A stretch of DNA of 64,000 nt, from the NCBI GenBank assembly GCA_032654565.1, contig JAULAX010000007.1, positions 64,001-128,000 on the forward strand. The letters are read 5' to 3'. The notes beneath the pieces are model-generated. The model was not told the origin of the DNA and ran no database searches. It saw only the letters and a list, made by a program, of their open reading frames with translations. The stretch is from Anaeromyxobacteraceae bacterium (GTDB taxonomy: Bacteria > Myxococcota > Myxococcia > Myxococcales > Anaeromyxobacteraceae). How positions within the stretch are numbered: position 1 is the first letter of the stretch; every line of letters starts with the position of its first letter. Below, piece after piece: positions 53,716-64,000 of the stretch. Both the position numbers and the translations under genes were made by a program.

Positions 53716-54486
53716 TCAGTCGTGCAGCTGCACCAGCACGCAGGTGATGTTGTCGACGCCGCCGGCGGCGTTGGCGGCGTCCACCAGCGCCTGGGACGCC
53801 GCCTTCAGGTCGCGCTGGTGCTGCCGGACGATCTCGGCGATCCGCTCGTCGGGCACCATCCCGGAGAGGCCGTCGCAGCAGAGCAGGATGACGTCGCCGG
53901 GGCGCAGCGGCTCGCGCTGCAGGTCCACCTCGACCTGGTCCTTCATCCCCAGCGCCCGCACGATGACGTTCTTGTGGGGGAAGTTCTCGATCTCCTCCGG
54001 CGTCAGCCGGCGGGTCCGCAGGTAGTCGTTGAGCAGCGAGTGGTCGTCGGTGAGCTGGCGGATGGTCCCCTGCCGGACCAGGTAGGCGCGGCTGTCGCCG
54101 ACGTGGCCGATGATCACCGACTCGACCGCCTTGTCGAAGTGGGCGCAGACCAGCGTGGTCCCCATGCCGCGCAGCCGCTCGTCGGTGCCGGCCCGCTCCA
54201 GGATGCGCAGGTTGGCGAGCCGCACGCCGGTGAGCAGCCGGTTCTCGTCGAGGCGGCGCCCCGGCTCGCCGGCGAAGGGCCAGGTGGCCTCGTCGTCGCG
54301 GCCGGTGAGGCGGAAGAACTCGGCCAGCTCCTCGACGGCGATGCGCGAGGCCACCTCGCCGGAGGCGTGGCCGCCCATGCCGTCGGCCACGCAGTAGAGC
54401 TGCTCCTCGGGCAGGAGCAGGAAGGCGTCCTCGTTGTGGGCACGTTTTCTGCCGACGTCGGTGGTGCCGGCCACGGCGATGCGCAT
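53716..54486 (-). CDS. PP2C-family Ser/Thr phosphatase (Stp1/Pph1-like)
   Basis: TDVGRKRAHNED, VADGMGG, HVGDSRAY, CCDGL, GGVDNIT. Confidence 0.93.
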   Translation of the reverse strand: MRIAVAGTTDVGRKRAHNEDAFLLLPEEQLYCVADGMGGHASGEVASRIAVEELAEFFRLTGRDDEATWPFAGEPGRRLDENRLLTGVRLANLRILERAGTDERLRGMGTTLVCAHFDKAVESVIIGHVGDSRAYLVRQGTIRQLTDDHSLLNDYLRTRRLTPEEIENFPHKNVIVRALGMKDQVEVDLQREPLRPGDVILLCCDGLSGMVPDERIAEIVRQHQRDLKAASQALVDAANAAGGVDNITCVLVQLHD

Positions 54487-54629
54487 TTCTGAGGCCCCCG
54501 GTCGCGCGACACTAATCGCGCCTCTGGTCGGGGTCAAACGGCCGGGGCCCCGGTCACGGCCGCCTCGATCGGGGCCTCGACGCTCAGTTTCATTCGATCC
54601 CGGGGTAGGTTGAGGTAGGATAGCGGCCG

Positions 54630-56426
54630 ATGGGCCTCCTCGACCAACCGGGCGATCTCTCCAGCACCCCCTTGGCCGCACTCCTGCTCGAGCTGCTCAA
54701 CCTGCGCGCCGACGGCGTGCTCGAGGTGGACCACGGCGGCGGCATCTCCCGCCTCTGGTTCCGCGCCGGCCAGCCGGTCGGCGCCCAGGTGGCCACCGGC
54801 TTCCGGCCGCTCGGCCTGCTGCTCCTGCAGGCCGGCAAGATCGACGTCGACGCCCTCTCCCGCAGCCTCGCCGAGCTGGCCACGCGGCGCCGGCCCCAGG
54901 GGGAGCTGCTGGTGGAGATGGGCGTGGTCTCCCGCCAGGACGTGGAGGCGGCGCTCTCCGAGCAGCAGACCGGCTACATCTCCAGCATCGCCGCCCTCGA
55001 CCAGGGGGCCTTCAGCTTCGACGCCACCCAGCCGGTCCCGGAGTGGACCCGCGGCATCGGCATCTCGCCGCTGCGGACCATCATCGACGCCCTGGAGCGC
55101 CCCCAGGCCAGCGAGCTGGTGACCTCGGCGCTGCGGCCGGTGGCGCTGGGCGGGGTGCGCCTCGCCTCGGGGTACGCCGAGGTGGCCCAGGCCTTCGGCT
55201 GGGACCGGGTCGAGCGGCAGCTGGTGGCGCGGCTGGAGCACCCGCTCTCCCTCGAGTTCTTCTTCAGCGCCGAGGAGGAGGTGGGGCCGGAGCGGCGGCG
55301 GGCCATGCTCTCCGGCCTGCTGCTGCTGGGGCTGGCCGTCCCCTCGGCCGAGTCGCCCCGGGCCACCGGCGACACCCTCGCCGGGCTGACCCTGGCCGGC
55401 GTCGCCGCCGTCGAGCAGCTGCGCGGGCAGCAGGGCGCCGGGGCCGGTCCGTCCGGCGCGCCGCCGCCCGCCGACGAGGCGCCGCCGCCACGCTGGACGC
55501 CGCCCCCGTTCCAGTCGCCGGCCACCCCCGGCTCGCCCTCGCCGGGCTCGCCAGCCGTCCCGCTGAAGCGGAGCGATCCGGCCGAGGCGCGGGCCCGGCG
55601 CCAGCGCCTGCTGGCCAAGGCCATCCAGAACATGGGGGTGGGGCCGTTCAGCCGGCCGGGCGAGGCGAGGGCCGCCACGCCGCCCCCCGGCAGCATGGGG
55701 CGGGTCCCGGGGCCGGCCGTCATCAGCCCGGCCGACGCCGCGCTCCGCGCCGCGCTGCTGGAGATCGCCCCGCGCGCCGAGGAGCGCAGCTACTTCGTCC
55801 GGCTCGGGCTGGCCGAGACCGCCGGCAAGGAGGACGTCAAGGCCGCCTTCCTGGCGCTGGCCCGGCAGTTCCACCCCGACCTCTTCGCCGGCCCGGCCAT
55901 GGCCGACATGCAGGACAAGGTGCGCGGCTTCTTCTCGGCGGTGAACGAGGCCTACCAGGCGCTCTCCGACGACAAGAAGCGGGCCCAGCACCTGGCGGCG
56001 CTGCGGAGCGGGGGGTCGGTCAACCCGCAGCGGGCCGAGGCGGCGCGGATCGACTTCCAGAAGGGCGAGGCCTGCCTGCGGACCCGCGACCCGGCCCGGG
56101 CCCGCGGCTTCCTCGAGTCGGCGGTGCGCGCCGATCCCCGCCCCGAGTACCAGGCGGCCCTGGCCCTGACCTACCTCGACCTGGGGGCCGGCAAGGACCT
56201 GGAGCGGGCCCGCGCCCTCGTCACCGCGGCCCTGGCCCACCCGGCGCTGGGCGGTCCGGGGAGCGACCGGGCCCACTACGTGGCCGGGCTGCTGGCCCTG
56301 GAGGGCGGGAACCAGGCCGAGGCGGAGCGGCAGTTCAAGGCCGCGGTGGCCGCCAACCCGCGCCACACCGAGGCGCTGCGGGAGCTGCGGGCCATGGAAG
56401 GCTGGCGGACCCGGGCGCGCCGGTAG
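54630..56426 (+). CDS. DUF4388-like + DnaJ (HPD) + TPR protein
   Basis: GDLSSTPLAALL N-domain; ARQFHPD J-domain; C-terminal TPRs. Confidence 0.8.
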   Translation: MGLLDQPGDLSSTPLAALLLELLNLRADGVLEVDHGGGISRLWFRAGQPVGAQVATGFRPLGLLLLQAGKIDVDALSRSLAELATRRRPQGELLVEMGVVSRQDVEAALSEQQTGYISSIAALDQGAFSFDATQPVPEWTRGIGISPLRTIIDALERPQASELVTSALRPVALGGVRLASGYAEVAQAFGWDRVERQLVARLEHPLSLEFFFSAEEEVGPERRRAMLSGLLLLGLAVPSAESPRATGDTLAGLTLAGVAAVEQLRGQQGAGAGPSGAPPPADEAPPPRWTPPPFQSPATPGSPSPGSPAVPLKRSDPAEARARRQRLLAKAIQNMGVGPFSRPGEARAATPPPGSMGRVPGPAVISPADAALRAALLEIAPRAEERSYFVRLGLAETAGKEDVKAAFLALARQFHPDLFAGPAMADMQDKVRGFFSAVNEAYQALSDDKKRAQHLAALRSGGSVNPQRAEAARIDFQKGEACLRTRDPARARGFLESAVRADPRPEYQAALALTYLDLGAGKDLERARALVTAALAHPALGGPGSDRAHYVAGLLALEGGNQAEAERQFKAAVAANPRHTEALRELRAMEGWRTRARR

Positions 56427-56531
56427 CGCCGCGGCCGTTGACGCTCCAACGGCTTCCTTGACTCAAGGGCGGTTGTGCGGCGTGATCACCCGGTTTTCGC
56501 ACCGCCGCGCCGTCCTGAAAGGCTCACCGCT

Positions 56532-58856
56532 TTGGCCAAGCAGCACCTCCTCCTCGTCGACGGCGATCCCAAGTCGCTGCGGGTCATGGAGGTCAGCCTC
56601 CGCAAGGCCGGCTTCTCCGTGACCACGGCGGTGCACGGCCGGGACGCGCTGGAGCGGTGCGAGGCGGGGCCGCCGGACCTGATCCTCTCCGACACCAAGA
56701 TGCCGGAGATGGACGGCTTCGAGCTGTGCCGGCGGCTCAAGCAGGACGAGCGGTTCCGCGCCATCCCCTTCATCTTCCTCACCGGGCAGAAGTCGGTGGA
56801 GTTCAAGGTGAAGGGGCTGGAGCTGGGCGTGGAGGACTATCTCACCAAGCCCATCTACATCAAGGAGATCGTCACCCGGGTGAAGATCCTCCTCGAGAAG
56901 CGCGAGAAGGAGCGGCTGGAGAAGAAGGACCTGCGCGCCAGCTTCAGCGGCAACCTCTCCGACATGGGGGTGGTGGACCTGGTCCAGACCCTGGAGATGG
57001 GGAAGAAGTCGGGGGCGCTCCACATCACCAGCGCGGCCGGCGCCGCGGTGGTCTTCTTCCGCGACGGGCGGGTGCTCGACTGCGAGCTGGGCAAGGTGAC
57101 CGGCGAGAACGCCTTCTACCGGCTGCTCAACTGGCAGGAGGGGGAGTTCGCCATCGAGTTCCGCGCCATCGAGCGGGACGAGCGCATCCCCTTCTCGACC
57201 CAGGGGCTGCTCATGGAGGGGATGCGGCGCATCGACGAGTGGGGTCGGATCGTCGAGCAGCTGCCGTCGCTGGACCTGGTCTTCGAGCTCGACTACGGCC
57301 TGCTGGCGGACCGGCTCGCCGAGATCCCCGACGACGTCAACACCCTGCTGCGGCTCTTCGACGGCCGTCGCACCCTCGGCCGGATCATCGAGGAGGCCGA
57401 CTACGACGACCTGGCCGCCGCCGGGGTCATCTCCAAGCTCTACTTCGAGAAGATCATCCGCGAGGTGGCCCGGCGCAGCGTCACCCGGCCGACCGCGCTG
57501 ACGCCCATCGCCGGCGGGATGCACGCCTTCCAGCCCCGGCCCGTCCCGTCGCCGTCCCCATCGCGGGTCGACTGGTCGGCCGAGCCGCTGGCGCCGGCCC
57601 AGGTCGAGGAGCCGCCGAGCCACGTCGAGGAGGAGCCGGCCCAGTTCGAGGAGCCGCTGCCCCACTTCGACGTGGACGAGCCGCCCCCGCCGATCTCGAC
57701 GCCGGTGGAGCCGCCCCCCGAGGCCTGGGCCAGCGCCGCCGCCCAGGTGGCCGCCGACGAGCCCGATCCGGAGCCGCCCCTCCGCATCCCCGGGGCCGCG
57801 CCCCGGCTCACCCCGCCGCCGGAGGCGACCCGGGGACCGGGGCCGGCCTACCGCTCGCCCAGCCAGTTCTCGCTGCCGCTGCCGGCCCCCGGCTCGTTCC
57901 CGCCGCCGCCCTCGTTCGGCGGCCCGTCGACCGAGAGCCTTCGCCACTACCCGCTCGATCAGGGCACGTCGCCGTACCTGCCGGCGGCGCAGCCGCCCGA
58001 GCCGGAGCCACGGGCGGCCACGCCGGTCGCGGTGCCCGTCGCGCCGACCACCCAGCCCGTTCCCGCGCCCACGGCCACGGCCACGGCAGTCGCGCCGACC
58101 GCACCGGCCGCGCCGAGGGGCCCGGCCCCGGCCCGGACCACCTCCACGACCCTGGCGGCGGTGGCGCCCCGCCGCTCGCGCGCCCTGCTGATCGGCCTGC
58201 TGCTGCTGGCGGCGGCCGCCGCCGGGGTGGTGGGCTGGCTGGCGGGCGGGAAGGGGACCGAACCGGCGCCGGTGGTGGCGGCGCCGATCCCGCCGACCCC
58301 GGAGCCCACGCCCGCACCGCCCCCCACGCCCGAGCCGGGTCCGTCCACGGCCGACGCGCAGCCCGCCCCGCCGCAGGCCGCGCCAGCTCCCGCGCCCACC
58401 GCCGCCCCGGCGACCCCGGAGCCGGCCGCACCCGCGCCGGCCGCCGCCGCCCCGGTCACGCCGCCGCCCCGGCCGGCCGCCGATCCGGCGGTCCAGGCGG
58501 AGCGGGCCCAGCGGCTGATCGCCACCGCCGAGAAGCGGTACGAGCGTGGCGACTTCGCCGGCGCCGTGGCCGACTTCCGCCGCTCGCTGGCCGTCAAGGC
58601 GACGCCGTCCGGCTTCGTCGGGCTGGGGCGCGCCCTGTACGACTCCAACCAGACCGCCGAGGCGCTCCGGGTGCTCGAGGGGGCCCAGCGGCTCGATCCC
58701 CAGTACGCCCCCGGCTGGCTGCTGCTCGGGGAGATCCAGCAGGGGGAGGGGAAGGTGGCCCAGGCCCGCGCCGCCTACACCCGCTTCCTGCAACTGCAGC
58801 CCACCGGGGAGCAGGCCCGCGCGGTGCGCGAGATCCTCGCCAAGCAGCTCCAGTGA
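56532..58856 (+). CDS. Response regulator with DUF4388, Pro-rich linker, TM and TPR
   Basis: [43 protein letters not shown] start. Confidence 0.85.
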   Translation: MAKQHLLLVDGDPKSLRVMEVSLRKAGFSVTTAVHGRDALERCEAGPPDLILSDTKMPEMDGFELCRRLKQDERFRAIPFIFLTGQKSVEFKVKGLELGVEDYLTKPIYIKEIVTRVKILLEKREKERLEKKDLRASFSGNLSDMGVVDLVQTLEMGKKSGALHITSAAGAAVVFFRDGRVLDCELGKVTGENAFYRLLNWQEGEFAIEFRAIERDERIPFSTQGLLMEGMRRIDEWGRIVEQLPSLDLVFELDYGLLADRLAEIPDDVNTLLRLFDGRRTLGRIIEEADYDDLAAAGVISKLYFEKIIREVARRSVTRPTALTPIAGGMHAFQPRPVPSPSPSRVDWSAEPLAPAQVEEPPSHVEEEPAQFEEPLPHFDVDEPPPPISTPVEPPPEAWASAAAQVAADEPDPEPPLRIPGAAPRLTPPPEATRGPGPAYRSPSQFSLPLPAPGSFPPPPSFGGPSTESLRHYPLDQGTSPYLPAAQPPEPEPRAATPVAVPVAPTTQPVPAPTATATAVAPTAPAAPRGPAPARTTSTTLAAVAPRRSRALLIGLLLLAAAAAGVVGWLAGGKGTEPAPVVAAPIPPTPEPTPAPPPTPEPGPSTADAQPAPPQAAPAPAPTAAPATPEPAAPAPAAAAPVTPPPRPAADPAVQAERAQRLIATAEKRYERGDFAGAVADFRRSLAVKATPSGFVGLGRALYDSNQTAEALRVLEGAQRLDPQYAPGWLLLGEIQQGEGKVAQARAAYTRFLQLQPTGEQARAVREILAKQLQ

Positions 58857-59854
58857 GAGTCCTCGGCATCGAGACCAGCTGCGACGAGACGGCCGCCGCG
58901 GTGGTGGAGGACGGCCGCCGCATCCTCTCCGACGTGGTGGCCACGCAGTTCGAGGTCCACCGCCGCTTCGGCGGGGTGGTGCCGGAGCTGGCCAGCCGCA
59001 ACCACGTGGTGCAGGTGATCCCGGTCATCGACGAGGCGGTCCGGGCGGCTGGCGGGCCGGGGGCCATCGACGCCATCGCCGTCACCAGCGGCCCGGGGCT
59101 GGTGGGGGCGCTGCTGGTCGGGGTGCAGGTGGCCAAGGGGCTGGCGCTGGGGTGGGACAAGCCGCTGGTGGGCGTCAACCACCTCGAGGGGCACCTGCTG
59201 GCCGCCTTCCTCGGCGAGGCGCCGCCCGAGTTCCCCTTCCTCGGCCTGGTGGTCTCCGGCGGCCACACCTCGCTCTACGCGGCGCGCGGCTTCGGCGACT
59301 ACCAGCTGCTCGGCGCCACCCGCGACGACGCCGCCGGCGAGGCCTTCGACAAGGGGGCCAAGCTGCTCGGCCTCCCCTACCCGGGCGGCGTGGCCATCGA
59401 CCGGCTGGCCCAGGGCGGCGATCGGCAGGCGGTCCGGTTCCCCCGCGCCGTGGTCAAGGGGGCCGACCTGGCCTTCAGCTTCAGCGGGCTGAAGACGGCC
59501 CTGCTCCACCACGTCCGGGAGCACGGCCTGCCCGAGGGGCAGGCGCTGGCCGACCTGTGCGCCAGCTACCAGGAGGCCATCGTCGGGGCGCTGCTGCAGA
59601 AGGCCATCCGCGCCGCGCGCCGCTTCCAGCTGCCGCGGCTGGTGCTGGCCGGCGGGGTGGCCGCCAACAGCCGGCTGCGGGCCGCCGCCCTGGAGCAGGC
59701 GGCCGGGTTCGCCGACCTGCGGGTCATCGTCCCGGTGGTGCGGCTCTGCACCGACAACGCCGCCATGATCGCGGTGGCCGGCACCCACGCCCTGGAGCGG
59801 GGCCGGCGCGCCGACGACCAGCTCAACGCCGACCCCGGCTGGCGGTTGACGTGA
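58853..59854 (+). CDS. tsaD: tRNA N6-threonylcarbamoyltransferase
   Basis: [52 protein letters not shown]. Confidence 0.97.
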   Translation: MRVLGIETSCDETAAAVVEDGRRILSDVVATQFEVHRRFGGVVPELASRNHVVQVIPVIDEAVRAAGGPGAIDAIAVTSGPGLVGALLVGVQVAKGLALGWDKPLVGVNHLEGHLLAAFLGEAPPEFPFLGLVVSGGHTSLYAARGFGDYQLLGATRDDAAGEAFDKGAKLLGLPYPGGVAIDRLAQGGDRQAVRFPRAVVKGADLAFSFSGLKTALLHHVREHGLPEGQALADLCASYQEAIVGALLQKAIRAARRFQLPRLVLAGGVAANSRLRAAALEQAAGFADLRVIVPVVRLCTDNAAMIAVAGTHALERGRRADDQLNADPGWRLT

Positions 59855-59882
59855 CCGCGGGCGACGCCACCGGGCGGCCGGC

Positions 59883-60761
59883 GTGAGCTACCCCACGCCG
59901 CGGGCGCTGCTCGACAAGTACGAGCTGCGCGCCAAGAAGAGCTGGGGGCAGAACTTCCTCGGCGACCAGGCGGTGCTCGACGACATCGCCCGGCTGGCGG
60001 CCCCCTCGGCCGGCGCCCGGGTGGTGGAGCTGGGGGCGGGCCTGGGCCACCTGACGGCGCGCCTGCTGGCCCGCGGCGCGGTGGTCACCGCGGTGGAGCG
60101 GGACCGGGACATGGCCCGGGTGCTGCGCGGCGAGCTGGGGGACCAGGTGACGCTGCTGGAGGCCGACGCCGCCCGCTTCGACTACGCCACCGTGGCCGGG
60201 GCCGGGGCGCCGCTCTCGGTGGTGGGCAACCTGCCCTACCACCTCACCTCGCCCATCCTCTTCTCCCTGCTCGACCAGCTCGGGCAGGTGGCCCGCGCCA
60301 CCTTCCTGGTGCAGCGCGAGGTGGCCGAGCGGCTGGCGGCCGAGCCCGGCGAGAAGAACTGGGGGATCCTCTCGGTCTTCCTGCAGCGCGAGGCCGACGT
60401 CTCCATCGAGCGGATCGTCCCCCCCGGCGCCTTCTTCCCGCCCCCGAAGATCCACTCGGCGGTGATCCTGGCGATCTTCCGGCCGCCGGCCCGTGGCTGC
60501 GAGGTGATCGACGTGGCCCGCTTCCGCCGGCTGGTGAAGGGCGGCTTCGCGCAGCGGCGCAAGACCCTGCGCAACGCCCTGGAGGCCTCACGGGTGGCCA
60601 CCCGTGAGCGGCTCGAGGCGGCGCTGGCGGCGGCCGGGATCGACGGAGGCCGGCGCGGCGAGACCCTGGAGATCGCCGAGTGGGCGGCGCTGGAGCGGGC
60701 CCTGGGGCCGGTGGAGGCCACGCCCGCGGGCCACGCCGCCGGCGCCGACGACTCCGAGTGA
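59883..60761 (+). CDS. rsmA: 16S rRNA m6,2A dimethyltransferase
   Basis: KKSWGQNFL, VVELGAGLG, GNLPY, QREVAER, FAQRRKTLRN. Confidence 0.95.
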   Translation: MSYPTPRALLDKYELRAKKSWGQNFLGDQAVLDDIARLAAPSAGARVVELGAGLGHLTARLLARGAVVTAVERDRDMARVLRGELGDQVTLLEADAARFDYATVAGAGAPLSVVGNLPYHLTSPILFSLLDQLGQVARATFLVQREVAERLAAEPGEKNWGILSVFLQREADVSIERIVPPGAFFPPPKIHSAVILAIFRPPARGCEVIDVARFRRLVKGGFAQRRKTLRNALEASRVATRERLEAALAAAGIDGGRRGETLEIAEWAALERALGPVEATPAGHAAGADDSE

Positions 60762-60851
60762 AAAGGCCACGGACGCCCGCCCCCACCAGTGCTGCCCGCC
60801 CCGCCCAGACCAACCCAACCCACGGACGGGCGTCCGTGAAAACGAAGTGTC

Positions 60852-61151
60852 CTAGAGCCCCCCGCCACGCGCCGTGGCCAGCAGGAGCCCCATGTTGCGC
60901 GCGCCGTTCTCGCCGAGGTAGCGGCGGAAGGCGGCGGCGTCGAGCCGCATGGCCTGGATGGTGGCGGCGACGACCTGGTCGTAGCTGAGCGCGGTGGGCT
61001 TCTTCAGCTCCAGCGCGATCTTGAGGATGGCGCGGTGGAAGGACGGGTCGACGTCGTCGCAGGGGAGCGGCGCCGGCCGCGACCGGCCCTGCTCGACCGT
61101 CCTCTTCTTCGAGGCCACCACCTTCACCGCCGACTTTCGTCCCACCGGCAT
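60852..61151 (-). CDS. Small hypothetical protein
   Basis: ORF with host-like codon usage (MPVGRKSAVK...VDPSFHRAILKIALELKK); GGAGG upstream. Confidence 0.55.
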   Translation of the reverse strand: MPVGRKSAVKVVASKKRTVEQGRSRPAPLPCDDVDPSFHRAILKIALELKKPTALSYDQVVAATIQAMRLDAAAFRRYLGENGARNMGLLLATARGGGL

Positions 61152-61430
61152 CCTGGCAGCCTCCCCGGCTGATGCTCCGCCCAACGAGGCAGGACGATAC
61201 GTTTCATGATCCGCGGAGTCAAGCCATGCCGATATCGATTGAAAACACTTGGATGATCAAGCTCGTAGCGATGAGAGAGCTCCTATCCCCGTGATCCATG
61301 GATCATGGCCCCACGATCCAGATGTCAGGGGCGGGGAAGACGGCCGGCAGAGCCGGGCGGAGGCGCGCGGCGCCGGCCCAATCCAGGGGCCCCAACACCG
61401 CCCTCCTTTGGTACTCTCGGAACCCGCCCC

Positions 61431-62081
61431 ATGATCCAGACCGATCGGCCCCGGTACATCGCCATCGAAGGCCCGATCGGCGTCGGCAAGACCACGCTCG
61501 CCCAGATCCTGGCGGAGCGGGCCGGCGCCCGGCTGGTGCTGGAGCCGGTCGAGGAGAACCCCTTCCTCGCCCAGTTCTACGACGACGCCCGCAAGTACGC
61601 CTTCCAGACCCAGCTCTTCTTCCTGCTCTCGCGCTTCCAGCAGCAGCAGGCGCTCCACCAGCAGGAGCTCTTCACCCAGAGCACGGTGGCCGACTACCTC
61701 TTCGCCAAGGACCGCATCTTCGCCGCCCTCACCCTCGACCCCAACGAGCTGGCGCTCTACGACCGGCTCTACGGCGCGCTCGGGCCGCGGGTGATCAAGC
61801 CGGACCTGGTCATCTACCTGCAGGCCCGGGGCGAGGTGCTGCTGCAGCGGATCAAGCGACGCGGTCGGGCCTACGAGCGGCAGATCGACCCCGCCTACGT
61901 CGAGTCGCTGGCCACCGCCTACAGCGACTTCTTCTTCCACTACGACGACACGCCGCTGCTGGTGGTCAACACCAGCGACATCGACATCGTCGAGTCGGCC
62001 GAGGACGTCGAGGCCCTGGCCACGGTGATCCGGCGCCACCGGAAGGGGACGCAGCACTACCTTCCCGGCGGGAGCCGCTGA
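61431..62081 (+). CDS. Deoxynucleoside kinase
   Basis: IAIEGPIGVGKTT, ENPFL, FQTQLFFLLSR, PDLVIYL, RIKRRGR. Confidence 0.92.
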   Translation: MIQTDRPRYIAIEGPIGVGKTTLAQILAERAGARLVLEPVEENPFLAQFYDDARKYAFQTQLFFLLSRFQQQQALHQQELFTQSTVADYLFAKDRIFAALTLDPNELALYDRLYGALGPRVIKPDLVIYLQARGEVLLQRIKRRGRAYERQIDPAYVESLATAYSDFFFHYDDTPLLVVNTSDIDIVESAEDVEALATVIRRHRKGTQHYLPGGSR

Positions 62082-62206
62082 GCGAACCCGCAGCGTTTTG
62101 ACGCGGCGCGTAGGTGACATTGCCGTCGCTCCGGATCTAGATTCGATCTTCTCCCTCCCCCTTCCAACGGGCGGGACCCCGCCAGGGGCCTGCACCAGAG
62201 GTCGGC

Positions 62207-63118
62207 ATGTCCACACAGAGCGGCCCACCCCCGCGCCGCATCACCGTCAACGAGCTGAAGCGGATGAAGGACCGCGGCGAGAAGATCGCCATGGTCACCG
62301 CCTACGACGCCACCGCCGCCCGGCTGGTGGGCGCGGCCGGCGTCGACGTCGTGCTGGTCGGCGACTCGCTCGGCATGGTGGTCCAGGGGCACGACTCGAC
62401 GCTCCCGGTCACGCTCGACCAGATGGTCTACCACTCGGCCATGGTCCGCCGCGGCCTGCAGCGCAGCGGCGCCGCCGCCCACCTGGTGGGCGACCTCCCC
62501 TTCGGCAGCTACCAGGCCAGCGCCGACGAGGCGGTCAAGGCCGCCATGCGCATGGTGGCCGAGGGCGGCGTCGAGGCGGTCAAGCTGGAGGGCGGCAGCG
62601 ACTACGCCGAGGTGGTGCGCCGGGTGGTGCGCGCCGGCGTGCCGGTGATGGGCCACATCGGGCTCACCCCGCAGTCGGTGCACAAGCTGGGCGGCTACGT
62701 GGTGCAGGGCAAGGACGCCGAGCGGGCCCAGCAGCTGCTGCACGACGCCCGCACCCTGGAGGCGGCCGGCTGCTACGCCATCGTCCTCGAGTGCATCCCC
62801 ACCGAGCTGGCGCGGATCATCAGCGGGCAGGCCGGGATCCCCACCATCGGCATCGGCGCCGGCCCCACCTGCGACGGGCAGGTGCTGGTGCTCACCGACC
62901 TGCTGGGCATGGACTCGAGCTTCACCCCCCGCTTCGTGAAGCGGTTCGCCGAGCTGGGCGCCGCCACCACCGAGGCGGTCGGCCAGTACGTCGCCGAGGT
63001 GAAGGCCCGGGCCTTCCCGGCCGACGAGCACAGCTTCCACTCCTCGGCGGTCCGGCTGGTGCCGGTGGCCGAGGACCCGCCCGAAGAGCTGCCCGGCGTC
63101 ATGGGCGCCCCGGTGTAG
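62207..63118 (+). CDS. panB: 3-methyl-2-oxobutanoate hydroxymethyltransferase
   Basis: [38 protein letters not shown]. Confidence 0.97.
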   Translation: MSTQSGPPPRRITVNELKRMKDRGEKIAMVTAYDATAARLVGAAGVDVVLVGDSLGMVVQGHDSTLPVTLDQMVYHSAMVRRGLQRSGAAAHLVGDLPFGSYQASADEAVKAAMRMVAEGGVEAVKLEGGSDYAEVVRRVVRAGVPVMGHIGLTPQSVHKLGGYVVQGKDAERAQQLLHDARTLEAAGCYAIVLECIPTELARIISGQAGIPTIGIGAGPTCDGQVLVLTDLLGMDSSFTPRFVKRFAELGAATTEAVGQYVAEVKARAFPADEHSFHSSAVRLVPVAEDPPEELPGVMGAPV

Positions 63119-63130
63119 ACTCCGCCCCCC

Positions 63131-64000
63131 GTGTCCCTCCCCCAGGTCTTCACCGATCCGGCCGCCTGGCAGGCGCGCTGTCACCAGGCTCGCGACGCCG
63201 GCGAGCGCCTGGCGCTGGTGCCCACCATGGGCTACCTGCACGACGGCCACCGCTCGCTGCTGGCCGAGGCGCGGCGGCGCGCCGACCAGGGCGGGCGGCG
63301 CGGCCTGGCGCTGGCCACCATCTTCGTCAACCCCACCCAGTTCGGCCCCGGCGAGGACCTCTCCCGCTACCCGCGCGACCTGGCCGGCGATCTCGCCACC
63401 TGCGAGGCGGCCGGCATCGACCTGGTGCTGGCCCCCGCCGACCCGGCGCTGGTGTTCGGGCCCGATCACCAGTCCTGGGTGACGGTGGAGCAGGCCAGCC
63501 AGGGGCTCTGCGGCGCCAGCCGGCCCGGCCACTTCCGCGGCGTGGCCACGGTGGTGGCCAAGCTCTTCAACCTGACCCGGCCGCAGGTGGCGATCTTCGG
63601 CCAGAAGGACTGGCAGCAGCTGGCGGTGATCCGGGCCATGGTCCGGGACCTGGCCTTCGGCATCGAGGTGGTGGGGATGCCCATCGTCCGCGAGGCCGAC
63701 GGGCTGGCCCGCTCCTCGCGCAACGCCTACCTGACGCCGGCGCAGCGCCCGGCGGCCCTGGCGCTGTCGGGCTCGCTCGAGGAGGCCGGCGCGGCGGTGG
63801 CGGCGGGCCGACGCCTGGCGGCCCCGCTGCTGGCGGCGGCGCGGCAGCGGCTGGCGGCGGCCGGGGCCCGCGTCGACTACGTGGAGATCGTCCACCCGGA
63901 GACGCTGCAGCCGGTGGCCGAGGCGGCGCCGGGCAGCGTCATGCTGGTGGCGGCCTTCGTGGGGACCACCCGGCTCATCGACAACCGGGTGCTGCCATGA
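63131..64000 (+). CDS. panC: Pantoate-beta-alanine ligase
   Basis: VPTMGYLHDGH, FVNPTQF, RPGHFRGV, FGQKD, SSRN, RLIDN. Confidence 0.97.
   Translation: MSLPQVFTDPAAWQARCHQARDAGERLALVPTMGYLHDGHRSLLAEARRRADQGGRRGLALATIFVNPTQFGPGEDLSRYPRDLAGDLATCEAAGIDLVLAPADPALVFGPDHQSWVTVEQASQGLCGASRPGHFRGVATVVAKLFNLTRPQVAIFGQKDWQQLAVIRAMVRDLAFGIEVVGMPIVREADGLARSSRNAYLTPAQRPAALALSGSLEEAGAAVAAGRRLAAPLLAAARQRLAAAGARVDYVEIVHPETLQPVAEAAPGSVMLVAAFVGTTRLIDNRVLP

Noticed and set aside
57540..58490. Low-complexity Pro/Ala/Glu repeats
   Set aside because: Ordinary disordered linker coding sequence within the response regulator.

Overview
Very GC-rich bacterial chromosome segment. Gene content (pomY-pomZ-pomX, DUF4388/TPR proteins, Ser/Thr kinase, PP2C phosphatase) points to Myxococcota, Anaeromyxobacter-like (inference). 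Most of the window is housekeeping or metabolic: a sigma54-controlled polyamine aminotransferase pair, pcm, pomYZX, sthA, dapC-dapD-dapE, radC, mazEF-like TA, grxC, ssb, dacB, fur, recA, rmuC, speB-like, the hut operon, tsaD, rsmA and panBC. The standout is a ~5.7 kb island of visibly lower GC (~23733-29427) immediately downstream of ssb. It holds a four-gene ubiquitin-like conjugation operon (Ubl ending in Gly, E2-like, JAB/JAMM protease, long ThiF/E1), resembling a diverged type II Bil anti-phage system. This operon is transcribed divergently from a CapH-like HTH / CapP-like metallopeptidase pair, with two candidate operators between them. An orphan membrane protein and imperfect inverted repeats at the island ends complete it. 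Other points of interest: a GNAT-PlsC-ureohydrolase operon (possible aminolipid pathway), an apparent frameshift and missing stop in dacB, a repeat over the recA promoter, and a 7-mer tandem repeat. No rRNA, tRNA or CRISPR array was recognised. All family assignments come from motif recognition by eye; no database search was run.
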